Assembly (NCBI GenBank): GCA_038231435.1
Contig: JBBRLJ010000010.1
Span: forward strand, 32,001-96,000
DNA length: 64,000 nucleotides
Origin: Planctomycetota bacterium
Lineage (GTDB): Bacteria > Planctomycetota > UBA11346
Reading direction: 5' to 3'
Shown here piece by piece: positions 19,994 through 29,324 of the stretch. The notes under the pieces were generated by a model that worked only from the letters and a program-made list of their open reading frames with translations, made no database searches and was not told where the DNA came from. Within the stretch, counting starts at the first letter, position 1. Every line of letters starts with the position of its first letter. The translations under genes were made by a program, and so were the position numbers.

Positions 19994-20547
19994 AGCGCCG
20001 GCGATCCGGCGACCGGGCTGGACGATGCCGAGGCTGCTGATGCAGAAGCGGACGCCGGAGCCGGATGCACCCGCGAGCGGCTGGAAGTTCCACGCTGCTG
20101 GAAAAGCACATGGGCGTCGCGGTTCTGGATGAGCCAGTATTTCAGCGCGCTGTCCACCACCGACATGGTCGGGAAATTGGCTTCGCGGTCGCTGCTCGAG
20201 AACGCCTGCGGCTGTGGTGCGTCCTTCGGGCTGAGATCGATCACCGGTCCGATCCCCCGCCCGGAGGCGGTGGTCGAGGGGCCTGGGCGCTGCTCGGCTA
20301 AGCGACGATCCGCGGCGTCGGCGACAGCTTCCCAGCGCGCCATTTCGGCCTCGGCCAGATCGTCGGGCTGCGTATGCGCGGACACCTGCTCGGGAGATGG
20401 CGAGCGTCGATGATCGCGTTCGAGCAGATCGAGACTGCCGTCGGGATTTGGCAGGACCAGGTACGAGGCCGCCACCGCGCCCTCTGCTGCCGAGGCCACC
20501 ACCCGGCCCTTGTGATCGATGTTCACCACCCATTCGCCGCTACCCAT
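19990..20547 (-). CDS. Hypothetical protein
   Basis: 185-aa ORF filling the gap and converging on the SMUG1 gene with a 4-nt overlap; no recognised motif. Confidence 0.45.
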   Translation of the reverse strand: MGSGEWVVNIDHKGRVVASAAEGAVAASYLVLPNPDGSLDLLERDHRRSPSPEQVSAHTQPDDLAEAEMARWEAVADAADRRLAEQRPGPSTTASGRGIGPVIDLSPKDAPQPQAFSSSDREANFPTMSVVDSALKYWLIQNRDAHVLFQQRGTSSRSRVHPAPASASASAASASSSPVAGSPAL

Positions 20548-20842
20548 GTGCCACTCCGTTCGTTGCTCGCACGTCGCCGGTCGCTCGCCGATCGCTCGCC
20601 CCTGCCAATTCTACCGTCAGTACAGGCGGCAGCGGATGAGGGGCTTCCGGATGGGGGCGAGTATAACGACAGGACCGCGTGCACCCAAGATCTGCTCGCG
20701 AACAACTCTACGCCTCTAACGCCCAACAGACACCCAGCAGACGCCCAGCAGACGCAAGAATACGACCAGGAGACGCCAGGAGCCTCGCTGGGCAACCTTC
20801 CACAACGTGGTTCGGAAGGTGAGGGCATTGTCGCTTCAACCG

Positions 20843-20851
20843 TGGTACAAT
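20843..20851 (+). promoter_or_regulatory. Possible extended -10 promoter (TG-N-TACAAT) for the CBS gene
   Basis: TGGTACAAT about 95 nt upstream of ATG 20945, in a lower-GC intergenic region. Confidence 0.35.
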
Positions 20852-20944
20852 CGCCTCGAACCCTGGAGACGTGGCTCGGCATGCCGCCGGGTCATCGATC
20901 GTCGGCTCGAGCGCGGACATCGCCGCGAGAATGTGGAGTCAGTC

Positions 20945-21415
20945 ATGAACGTCCGCGAGATAATGAGCCAGGATGTGGCCTGCTGCACACCCGATACGCC
21001 GCTCCAGGAAGTAGCCCAGATGATGGTCGACCGCGACTGCGGATCGATCCCGGTGGTCGATGACCTGGATTCACGCAAGCTGTTGGGACTGGTGACCGAC
21101 CGTGACATCACCATCCGCTTGGTCGCGCAGGGGATGAATCCCGTCGACCGGACCGCGCGTGATTGCATGTCCAAGCCGGTCATCTCGGTGAACCTCGATG
21201 CGACCATCGAGGAGGCGATCAAGACTCTGGAGGAATACCAGCTGCGCCGCCTGCCGGTGATCGACACCAGCAATGGCGCCTGTTGTGGGCTGATCGCGCA
21301 GGCCGATCTGGCCCGATATGCGACTTCATCCGAAACCGCCGAGGTCATCAAGCGCGTATCCCAGCCCGCGCCAGTGGTCGACCTGGGGCTCGATGCCGAA
21401 ATCGACATCCGTTGA
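20945..21415 (+). CDS. CBS domain pair protein
   Basis: GGAG RBS; MNVREIMSQDV, DCGSIPVVD, GLVTDRDITIR, LRRLPVID, GLIAQADLA. Confidence 0.9.
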   Translation: MNVREIMSQDVACCTPDTPLQEVAQMMVDRDCGSIPVVDDLDSRKLLGLVTDRDITIRLVAQGMNPVDRTARDCMSKPVISVNLDATIEEAIKTLEEYQLRRLPVIDTSNGACCGLIAQADLARYATSSETAEVIKRVSQPAPVVDLGLDAEIDIR

Positions 21416-21460
21416 AGCGCACCGCAGCATGAACCTGGGATATGAGAAGGCCGTGAGTTC

Positions 21461-21483
21461 GGCTTGCCGGCCTGCGGCAAGCC
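21461..21483. terminator. Hairpin between convergent genes (possible terminator)
   Basis: Perfect 9-bp stem GGCTTGCCG/CGGCAAGCC with a 5-nt loop; no U-tract. Confidence 0.4.
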
Positions 21484-21489
21484 AGCACC

Positions 21490-22320
21490 TCAGCCGAGCC
21501 GATACGCGCGACGGGCGGCGCCACCCAAGATGTCGGCTCGCTCCGATGCGGAGAGCGCCGAGATCAGGTCGCCGACGGTGCGCAGCCACCGTGCGTAATC
21601 GGTCCCGTCGAGGCATACCGGCCAGTCGCTGCCGAAGAGCACGCGCCTCGGGCCGAAGGCCTCGATCACGATCGAGGCGTATGGCCTGAGATCGTCCACG
21701 GCCCAGGCGTGCTTGTCGGCCTCGGTCACCAGCCCTGAGAGCTTGCACCAGACATGTGGCAGACGCGCGAGCGCGCGAATGCGCTCTCGCCACGGTTCGA
21801 ACTCTCGCTGGGCGATGCGCGGCTTGGCCGCGTGGTCGATGATGAAATGCATGTCCACATGCCGTTTGACGCACGCCAGGGCCGCGGGCAACTCACGCTC
21901 GCGCACCAGCAGATCGTAGGCCAGGCCGCGGGCGGCGAGCAGCCCGATGCCGCGATCGATCTCTGGCCGCGACAGGAAATCGCCATCGCGCTCATCGTGG
22001 AGCACATGGCGCGCGCCGACCAGGCGGCCCCGTTCCGCCGCGAACCCGTCCAGCAGGCCGCCGACTCCGGGGTCGGCGAGAGGGACCCAGCCGACCACAC
22101 CCAGGATGCGGGGGTGGCGGCGCGCCAGCTCCAGCAACCAACGCGTCTCGACCAAACTCTGGCGCGCCTGGACCGCGATGCATCCCTTGACGCCGGCGGC
22201 GTCCATCTCGCCGGTGAACTCCTCCATCGAGAAGTCGCGCTGGAGCATCGCCGAGCCATCGTCGATCCACGGGAACTCCGCCGGAACGTAGCGCCAGCAG
22301 TGGTGGTGGGCGTCGATCAT
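21490..22320 (-). CDS. Amidohydrolase_2 family lactonase (L-fuconolactonase/LigI-like)
   Basis: IDAHHHCW, VQARQS, GVVGWV, IIDHAAKP, CKLSGLVTEA, LFGSDWPVC; start ATG 22320. Confidence 0.87.
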   Translation of the reverse strand: MIDAHHHCWRYVPAEFPWIDDGSAMLQRDFSMEEFTGEMDAAGVKGCIAVQARQSLVETRWLLELARRHPRILGVVGWVPLADPGVGGLLDGFAAERGRLVGARHVLHDERDGDFLSRPEIDRGIGLLAARGLAYDLLVRERELPAALACVKRHVDMHFIIDHAAKPRIAQREFEPWRERIRALARLPHVWCKLSGLVTEADKHAWAVDDLRPYASIVIEAFGPRRVLFGSDWPVCLDGTDYARWLRTVGDLISALSASERADILGGAARRAYRLG

Positions 22321-22451
22321 GTTCGGGCCAGTAGGGCGCGATGAGCCCCCCGCGCAAGCTCGCGGACCGTCTCCGCGCGGCAGATGTCCGTGGAAAATCC
22401 ATCCCGATGGCGATCCTGCCGTTCCAGCCACATTCCATCACGGAGGCTCCC

Positions 22452-23123
22452 ATGCGGTACGCGATCATCGCCATCGGATTCCTGCTCGCCGCGTCATCCT
22501 CCTTCGCCGGCAGGGCCGAAGGTGCCGAAGGTGCCGCTGCCGCCGGTGCGGCTGCGGCCGCGGGAACCTCTACAGACAAGACCGACAAGACCGACAAGAC
22601 CGCTAAGACCGACAAGGAGCACGCCGTGCCGACATCCGCCCTCGCCAGCACCATGAACGACATCGATGGCAAGCCCTACGCACTGTCGCAGAACCTTGGC
22701 AAGGTGGTGATGTTCGTGAACGTCGCCTCGCGGTGCGGCAACACGCCGCAGTACGCCGCGCTCGAATCGTTGTACGAGAAGTACAAGGGTCAGGGCCTGG
22801 TGGTGATCGGTGTTCCCGCGAACAATTTCGGCGCGCAGGAACCGGGCACTGACAAGGAGATCGCCCAGTTCTGTACGTCCAAATACCAGGTCACATTCCC
22901 GATGCTCTCCAAGGTGAGCGTCAAGGGCGCGGACATCTGCCCGCTCTACGCCTATCTCACCACCAAGAGTCCCAAGTCCGGCGAGGTCACCTGGAACTTC
23001 GCCAAGTTCCTGGTCGGCCGCGATGGCGAGGTGGTCGACCGGTTCGATCCCTCGCTCAAGCCCGATGATGCGCAGATAACCAAGGCGGTGGAAACCGCGC
23101 TGGCGAAGGCCGCCAAGAAGTAG
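22452..23123 (+). CDS. Exported glutathione peroxidase family protein (Cys type)
   Basis: GGAGG RBS; signal peptide; NVASRCGNTPQY, GVPANNFGAQEPG, TWNFAKFLV. Confidence 0.9.
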   Translation: MRYAIIAIGFLLAASSSFAGRAEGAEGAAAAGAAAAAGTSTDKTDKTDKTAKTDKEHAVPTSALASTMNDIDGKPYALSQNLGKVVMFVNVASRCGNTPQYAALESLYEKYKGQGLVVIGVPANNFGAQEPGTDKEIAQFCTSKYQVTFPMLSKVSVKGADICPLYAYLTTKSPKSGEVTWNFAKFLVGRDGEVVDRFDPSLKPDDAQITKAVETALAKAAKK

Positions 23124-23221
23124 CCCGGTGCCGGCACGAGCCGGCGATCCGTGAAGAGTTCAGCGGAATGTCCGCCACTCCCTGGGCGGGAGTGGCATCC
23201 TGGGCGGCTAGGAGCACATCC

Positions 23222-23518
23222 ATGTCACTCGCCAAAGCCGTCGCCAAGAAACAGAAATCGATGGGAATCGTCTCGAAGATCGCCCTCGCCGCCGTGGTGG
23301 GCGTCTCGATCCCGACCATCTACAAGCTGCTCAAGAGCGGCAGGGGCCGCCCCAACGCGCGCACCGTCAACCGCTACGCCAAGTTCCTGCGCATGAGCGC
23401 GACCAAGGTCGCGGCGCTCGCTGGCCGGGCCGAATCGGCCTCCAGCCCGTCGCGCGGCAAGGGCCCTCGTTCCGCCAGTTCCCGTCCCATGAAGCGGGGC
23501 CGCGCCGCCAAGGCGTGA
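23222..23518 (+). CDS. Small basic HTH (Cro/XRE-like) DNA-binding protein with Lys/Arg-rich tail
   Basis: AGGAG RBS; KIALAAVVGVSIPTIYKLL..G..RPNARTV..YAKFL HTH-like pattern; very basic overall. Confidence 0.65.
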   Translation: MSLAKAVAKKQKSMGIVSKIALAAVVGVSIPTIYKLLKSGRGRPNARTVNRYAKFLRMSATKVAALAGRAESASSPSRGKGPRSASSRPMKRGRAAKA

Positions 23519-23543
23519 TCCGGTTTCGGCGAGCGGAGCCTCC

Positions 23544-24074
23544 ATGAGCGTCGTCGACCCGAGCATGCGCGCTCCGACGCGCATGCTGGCCTTGGCCATG
23601 CTGTCGATCCTGTGCGTCTCCTGTCGCCACCGCGATCATCCGATCGACCTGGTGACGGGCGATGCATTCCTGGACTGGAGCGATCTCGCGAAATACCGCG
23701 AGAGCGCCTCGGCCTCGGACTCACATGGCGAGAGCGGCGAGAGCACCAAGCACGGCGCCGACGGCGCCGTCGCCTCCGCCATCCTCGCCATTCTGACCCG
23801 TTATGCGGGCGCGACGAGCATGCTTGATCTGCCGCGCTGGATCGAACTGACCTGCATCGTCAAGGACAGCAGCGGACACGTGCTCGCGGCCCATCCGCTG
23901 CAACGCGGACACAATCGCTGGCGTGACGCCATCGCCGCCCAGCCCATCGATGTCTATCTGAAGGTGAAGGCGCCGATGCTCGTCCATGAGCTCTTCGTCA
24001 AACGCGTGGACGACGCGCATGCCCGGCCGGTGAATATCAACGTGGTGTACGAACTGGTCCACCGGGCGCTGTGA
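23544..24074 (+). CDS. Hypothetical lipoprotein
   Basis: Hydrophobic stretch ending LCVS-C (lipobox-like); GGAG upstream; no known domain recognised. Confidence 0.55.
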   Translation: MSVVDPSMRAPTRMLALAMLSILCVSCRHRDHPIDLVTGDAFLDWSDLAKYRESASASDSHGESGESTKHGADGAVASAILAILTRYAGATSMLDLPRWIELTCIVKDSSGHVLAAHPLQRGHNRWRDAIAAQPIDVYLKVKAPMLVHELFVKRVDDAHARPVNINVVYELVHRAL

Positions 24075-24264
24075 CGATCGTGTCGTCGTCGCGAATGCGA
24101 CTGGCGGAATGCAGACGGTCCACATCACGGGCTCCGGAACGATCACAAACCCATGGGTCGACAATGCCTTCGCCAGCCTCGTGGTGGAGGATCCAGGACA
24201 GACGATTCGCCTGGCGTCGGACATCGGCGGCGCGTTCGAGGCATCGCGACCCATGCTCCGCGGA

Positions 24265-26730
24265 TCAGGTTGGCAAATCGGCGATGCTGGTGGTCGCTGG
24301 ATCCGTGGTGAAGCGCGCCCATCGACGCTGGCCATGGGCGCTGAGATGGGTGATCGCACCCTCGCCGCCGCTCGAGCTCAGGTGAGGATCGCTGGCGATG
24401 ACGCCCAGGCCGGCCATGGGGAGATGGCGCCAGTCTTTACGCAGCCTGAGACAGTGCGCATTCCCGTCGACACCGCGGAAGACGATGCAGTGGCGACCGG
24501 CCACATACGCGCCTGATGGACGGCCGGACGCGGCTGGCGCTTGGGCGATGGCGGTCAGGTCGTGGTGGCGCCAATCGACCGCATCGAAGCAGATCTCGTG
24601 GATATGGCCATCGACCCCGAGGTAGACGACGTGTTCATGATCTGCCGGAGCATACCCGAGGGGATCCGCAGCGGCTGCGGGAGCGCCGGTGCGCGCACCG
24701 ATGTCGGCATAGAACCAGCGGCCTTTCAATTCGAGGAATTCATGGACTCCTCCGATCGCATCCCGGTACGTGACGTGCCGACTGCCCTCCAGGGCCCAGT
24801 GCCACGCGGCTGCAGGGCCGGCCGCGGGTGGCGCCTTGAGCGCCGTGGTCAGATCGATCGGCTTGGCATCCCCAGCCTCGTGCAGCAGCACATGTCCATT
24901 GGTGTCGGTCGTGACGACGAACGTCGGCGCCTCGCCACCTCCGCGACTCAAGCCAGGTGCACCGATGGCGGCACCCAAGTCACGCGCAGGCGCCGTCAGC
25001 CGGCCGGCGTCATCGAGATGGGCCATCCAGGCGTGACCATCGATACCATGCCAGGCAGCGACGATGCCGTCGGGTCGCGCGAGCAACGATGGCTCCCCGA
25101 CCACTCCGCTGACCGGATCGATACCGCTGATGCGTCCGGCGCCAGCCCAGTGGTCGCCCACGGTGCGCGCCGCTTTCAGCCGGCCTTTGGAATCCCGCCA
25201 CACCCCCATCCAGCGTCCCGCCTTGCGCGCGACCAGTGGCCCGGTCACTTCTTCACGGGGTGCTCCAGCCACGTCGGTGACCACCGACCTGGCCCGCGCC
25301 AGAGCCATCTGCAGCGCGGCGATGTCCCCATGCTGAGTTTCACCGAGCGCCGCCGCATGCCGCTTCTCGGCTCCATCGGCTCGCTTCGATGCTGCTGTCG
25401 CCGCGCGCAGAGCGGCATCCCGTTCGGCTTCGAGCGTGAGCGCTCGCGCTTCCTCCTGGCCGGATGCAGTCTGGGCCGCACTTTCCGCCGCATGGAGCGC
25501 GGCGGCCAGTCGGTCACGTTCATTCGCGATGTCCGCGCGTGCCCGCTCGACGGTGTCGAAGCTCCGCTCGGCGCCGAGGAGATCCGCCTGGGCCGAAAGC
25601 AGCGCGTCGGCGGCGCGGCGACTCTCACGGGTCGTCTCGATGAGATCGTCGTGCGCTTGGCGGGCCAGCTGTTCGGCCGCGACACGGGCTTCCGCGACGG
25701 CACGCACCGCGGCAGTCAACTGATCCTGCACCAACGCAGCTGCGCCACGTGCCTGCGTCAACTCGTCGGTCAGCCCGGCGCGGACCGTCTCGGCGTTCTC
25801 AAGCTTCGAGGCCGAACCCGCACGCTGCGCATCGACCCGCATCTCGGCGGTCTTGATCCGTTCGGCGACCACGGTCGCCTGGATGGAGGCGGCGGTCAGC
25901 TTGGCTTCGGCATCGAGCGTACGCCGCTCCGCCTCGGCGCGCCGCCGTTCCAGGTCGGCGTTGCTGCGCTCGGCCACCGCGATGCGTGCGGTGAGTCCGT
26001 CCTTTTCGTTCAACGCCCGTTCGCGTTCGCGCTTGATCGTCGCCATGCCCTCGCGGGCGATGCGCTTGTATTCATCGCCTTTTGCGCTGACCGTGACCAT
26101 TTCGGCGTCACGCTCGCCGAGGCGTCCCCGGAGGTCGCTCAGTTCCGCGGGATCGGCGACCGGAACGGCGAGAGCCCGGGCGAGTTGCTCATCACGATCC
26201 GCGATGCGGGCGGCGAGGTTGTCTCGCCGATCGATGGCTTCGGAGAGCTGGGACTGCAGCACCATGACCCGCCCACCAGCTTTCGTCTCGGTGGCGGCGA
26301 GGCGCGCGATGAGGTCGTCGCGTTCAGTGGTCAGCACGGCCAGGGCGCGCGAGTCCTCGCTGTGATCGCGGCGCTCGGTCCGCCGTGCGAGCATGATCGC
26401 ATTCAATTCCATGCGCGTGTTCGCCAGGAGTTGCTCGCGTTCGGCATCGCCGATGGTGGTCGTGGTGCTGATGACCCGACGCAGCGCCTCCTTGATCCAA
26501 TCCGACAGATCGCGCTCGGACATGGTCTTGAGGTTGTGGGTCTTGCCGGTGCGCGTCAGCTCCTCGATCGAAGTCCTCTTGGTCAGCGCCCGCAGATGAC
26601 TATCGATCTCGGCCTCTGATGCGCCCTCGATACTCACCTCGCGATGCACCACCGATCCGGTCGGCTGTGCATTCGCGATCGGATGGGCAGTAGGAGTGGC
26701 GTGGGAAGGATCAGCGGGCTTGGAAGACAT
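24265..26730 (-). CDS. Long coiled-coil protein with C-terminal lectin-like beta-propeller repeats
   Basis: GAGG RBS before ATG 26730; long Ala/Glu/Arg heptad region; C-terminal repeats HVxYxxxDGxxHE...W...DLT..xAPxAxxxP. Confidence 0.7.
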   Translation of the reverse strand: MSSKPADPSHATPTAHPIANAQPTGSVVHREVSIEGASEAEIDSHLRALTKRTSIEELTRTGKTHNLKTMSERDLSDWIKEALRRVISTTTTIGDAEREQLLANTRMELNAIMLARRTERRDHSEDSRALAVLTTERDDLIARLAATETKAGGRVMVLQSQLSEAIDRRDNLAARIADRDEQLARALAVPVADPAELSDLRGRLGERDAEMVTVSAKGDEYKRIAREGMATIKRERERALNEKDGLTARIAVAERSNADLERRRAEAERRTLDAEAKLTAASIQATVVAERIKTAEMRVDAQRAGSASKLENAETVRAGLTDELTQARGAAALVQDQLTAAVRAVAEARVAAEQLARQAHDDLIETTRESRRAADALLSAQADLLGAERSFDTVERARADIANERDRLAAALHAAESAAQTASGQEEARALTLEAERDAALRAATAASKRADGAEKRHAAALGETQHGDIAALQMALARARSVVTDVAGAPREEVTGPLVARKAGRWMGVWRDSKGRLKAARTVGDHWAGAGRISGIDPVSGVVGEPSLLARPDGIVAAWHGIDGHAWMAHLDDAGRLTAPARDLGAAIGAPGLSRGGGEAPTFVVTTDTNGHVLLHEAGDAKPIDLTTALKAPPAAGPAAAWHWALEGSRHVTYRDAIGGVHEFLELKGRWFYADIGARTGAPAAAADPLGYAPADHEHVVYLGVDGHIHEICFDAVDWRHHDLTAIAQAPAASGRPSGAYVAGRHCIVFRGVDGNAHCLRLRKDWRHLPMAGLGVIASDPHLSSSGGEGAITHLSAHGQRRWARFTTDPATTSIADLPT

Positions 26731-26948
26731 GGATGGGACCTCGACCATCACCCTACCGAAGGTCTGTCTCGATTCAGCACCTTAAACCCAACACCCTCAT
26801 TCGTATAGCGCATCATCCTCGCGGGTGACTCCCGAAATGTTTCCAATCGCGATCCCCATGAATCAACGAGGAACCGCACCGGAGTCGGTGCGGTTGGTCG
26901 TCGATGATGCGTCAGGACGAGCCCTGGGCTCCCGCGCCGCGTTGATGC

Positions 26949-27095
26949 TCTGCGACGGATCGCCTGCCATCCCAGGGCGATAAGCCCGAAGCCCGCTCCG
27001 CCACGGGCGCATTTCCTCGCCACCACACAGGGGAAGGTCGCGCCGTTATCACCGATCACTGTCGTCGGCGTGGCGAAACTGGCGTTGGTCGTCCC
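26949..27095 (-). pseudogene. Possible remnant of a surface protein (Ig-like strand plus C-terminal Gly-rich sorting-like tail)
   Basis: Minus-strand frame reads GTTNASFATPTTVIGDNGATFPCVV then CARGGAGFGLIALGWQAIRRR; flanks lack a credible start or typical codon bias. Confidence 0.3.
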
Positions 27096-27298
27096 CGCTT
27101 GATATTCGCGCCGTTCCTCTGCCACTGAAACGTCGGCGGCGGCGAACCGCTGTCGTACCGCCACTCGGCCAGCGTCGGCGCGGTCCACTAGGCCCAGGAC
27201 GACGTCTGCAGTACCGACATAACCCGTCTGGCCCGCAGATGTCCTGCAGTTCTGACAGCAGCTCCACCCACGGAAACACCGCACGATCAGAATTCTGA

Positions 27299-27326
27299 GC
27301 TGATATTCACGCGCTGATATTCACGC
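27299..27326. repeat. Perfect 14-bp tandem direct repeat GCTGATATTCACGC x2
   Basis: Directly visible about 100 nt upstream of tRNA-Val. Confidence 0.85.
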
Positions 27327-27424
27327 ATGAGGCTCGCTGGGGACCAACCTAGCCTCCCCCGTCCACGTACTCAGAGACTTGCAACGGTGCGGTGTGCAGA
27401 CACCATGCATGCGCACGAAATTCC

Positions 27425-27500
27425 GGGCGGTTAGCTCAGTGGCTAGAGCATTCGCTTCACACGCGAGGGGTCGGGGGTTCAAATCCCTCACTGCCCACCA
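27425..27500 (+). tRNA. tRNA-Val (anticodon CAC)
   Basis: GGGCGGT/ACTGCCC acceptor stem, D-arm AGCTCAGTGGCTAGAGC, anticodon loop TTCACAC, T-loop GGTTCAAATCC, encoded CCA; 76 nt. Confidence 0.96.
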
Positions 27501-27502
27501 AT

Positions 27503-27542
27503 AAACAACCCCAAGTCCGTCATGGACTTGGGGTTGTTTTTT
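27503..27542 (+). terminator. Intrinsic, probably bidirectional terminator between tRNA-Val and modC
   Basis: AAACAACCCCAAGTCC-GTCAT-GGACTTGGGGTTGTTT followed by a T-run. Confidence 0.85.
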
Positions 27543-27558
27543 GCAAGTGACCCAGCAT

Positions 27559-28641
27559 TCACATCAGGCGGATGGCCTGGGCCTTGAACAGGCACCAGGT
27601 CTCCACGCCCGCGGATATGCCCAACTCGGCGATGGCGGCCTGGCCGACCTCGCACAGCAAGGGCACGCCGACATCGACCACCACCAGCGAGCCGTTCCCC
27701 GTCGCCGAGACCGAGACCACGCGGCCGCGCAGCTGGTTGCGCATCGAGATGCCGGCGACCCGCTGGGTCGCGAGGGCGATGTGCCGCGGATCGATGGTCA
27801 GCGATCCGCGCGAGCCGATGGCGAGCTCGCTGCGCGGGCCATGGAGGGCTTCGGTCCGCTCGGCGCCTGCGCTGGCGAGCGTGAGCAGGGTCCCGTCGGC
27901 GTCGCTGCGCGCGACCACGATGGGCAGGACGTTGGCGAGGCCATGGCGCTGGAGCAGCGACTGGAGCGCCGGATCGCGCGCCAACTCGAGCACGCGTCCC
28001 TGGCCGAGCACGCGTCCACGCTCCATGAGCGCCAGGCGATCGGTGAGCTGGAGGATCTCGGAGAGGTCGTGGCTCACGTAGAGCATCGGCATTTCCAGGC
28101 GGTCGCGGATAGCGCGCAGGAAGGCCATGATCTGCGCCTTCAGCCGATCGTCCAAAGCCGCCAACGGCTCGTCGAGCACCAGCAGCCGTGGCGAGCACAG
28201 CAGCGCGCGCCCCAGGGCGACGCGCTGCGCCTCGCCGCCCGACAATCCGCGCACTCGCCGTTCGAGCAGCGCTCCCAACTCCAGCAGTTGCACCACCTCG
28301 TCGAAGCCGATGCGGCGCTCGGACGCGTGGAGCAGACGTTCGCCGTAGCGGAGATTGCCGGCGACGGTGTAGTGCGGCAGCAGCCGACCATCCTGGAACA
28401 CCGCTGCGATGCGTCGCCGGTGCGCGGGCACTGAAATCCCGGCGGTAGCGTCGAACAGGGTCTCGCCATCGAGCGTGATCGTTCCCGTGTTCGCACGCAC
28501 CAGTCCGGTGACGGCGTGCAGCAGGGTGCTCTTTCCCGATCCGGATGGGCCGAAGACGCCGGTGACGCCGCCGGCGGTGGTCACCGCGGCGGTCAGCGAG
28601 AACGTCCCGCGCCTCGCCTGGATATCGACGGCGAGCGTCAT
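27559..28641 (-). CDS. modC: Molybdate ABC transporter ATP-binding protein
   Basis: GVFGPSGSGKST, VFQDGRL.PH.TVAGNL.YG, LSGGEAQRVALGRALL, DEPLAALD, YVSH; C-terminal TOBE with SMRNQLRG. Confidence 0.92.
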   Translation of the reverse strand: MTLAVDIQARRGTFSLTAAVTTAGGVTGVFGPSGSGKSTLLHAVTGLVRANTGTITLDGETLFDATAGISVPAHRRRIAAVFQDGRLLPHYTVAGNLRYGERLLHASERRIGFDEVVQLLELGALLERRVRGLSGGEAQRVALGRALLCSPRLLVLDEPLAALDDRLKAQIMAFLRAIRDRLEMPMLYVSHDLSEILQLTDRLALMERGRVLGQGRVLELARDPALQSLLQRHGLANVLPIVVARSDADGTLLTLASAGAERTEALHGPRSELAIGSRGSLTIDPRHIALATQRVAGISMRNQLRGRVVSVSATGNGSLVVVDVGVPLLCEVGQAAIAELGISAGVETWCLFKAQAIRLM

Positions 28642-29324
28642 CGTGCGCTCCGCGCCCGCATGCGCCTGGTCAACAGCTCGGAAGCCAGCAGTGCGAGGAT
28701 CGACACGGTCAGCGAGATCAGCAGCAGGCGCATGACCTCGGCCTCTCCATGCGCCGTCTGGCTGTAGGCATAGATCGCCACGGGCAATGTGCGCGATTGG
28801 CCGGGGATGTTGCCCGCCAGGGTCATGGTCGCGCCGAATTCGCCCAGCCCGCGGGCGAAGGACACCACCAGACCGGCGAGGACGCCTGGAGCTGCCAGCG
28901 GCAGGGTGACGGTGGCGAAGGTGCGCAGCGGACCGGCGCCGAGGGTGCGCACGGCGTCCTCGAGACGCGGATCCACCAGTTCGATGGCGAGCCGCACCGA
29001 GCGCACCAGCAGCGGGAAGGCCATCACCGCCGCCGCCACCGCGGCGCCGCGCCAGGTGAAGGCGATGCCGAGTCCGAGCGCTTCGAGCCAGCGGCCGAAG
29101 GCGCTGCCATGTCCGAGCAGCAGCAGCAGCAGGTAGCCGGTGACCACCGGTGGCAGGACCAGCGGCAGGTGCACGGCGGTGTCGACCACGATCTTTCCCG
29201 GAAAGCTCCGTCGCGCGAGCACCCAGCCGAGCGCGATGCCGGGCACCGCCATCGCCACGAGGCTGACCAGCGCCACCCGCGCGCTGAGCGCCACCACTGT
29301 CCATTCCTCGTCAGTGAGCAGCAC
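28638..29324 (-). CDS. modB: Molybdate ABC transporter permease
   Basis: HLPLVLPPVVTGYLLL, FPLLVRSVR, FARGLGEFGAT...GNIPG. Confidence 0.94.
   Translation of the reverse strand: MLLTDEEWTVVALSARVALVSLVAMAVPGIALGWVLARRSFPGKIVVDTAVHLPLVLPPVVTGYLLLLLLGHGSAFGRWLEALGLGIAFTWRGAAVAAAVMAFPLLVRSVRLAIELVDPRLEDAVRTLGAGPLRTFATVTLPLAAPGVLAGLVVSFARGLGEFGATMTLAGNIPGQSRTLPVAIYAYSQTAHGEAEVMRLLLISLTVSILALLASELLTRRMRARSAR

Noticed and set aside
22725..22740. Selenocysteine recoding in the glutathione peroxidase
   Set aside because: The catalytic codon is TGC (Cys), not TGA.
24541..26619. 692-aa plus-strand ORF and many similar long overlapping ORFs across the window
   Set aside because: Shadow frames expected in high-GC DNA; no motifs, and each overlaps a better-supported gene.
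23200..27500. Genomic island or prophage integrated at tRNA-Val
   Set aside because: No integrase, phage gene or duplicated tRNA 3' end seen; the orphan-rich region lies 5' of the tRNA, while a terminator and modC follow it directly.
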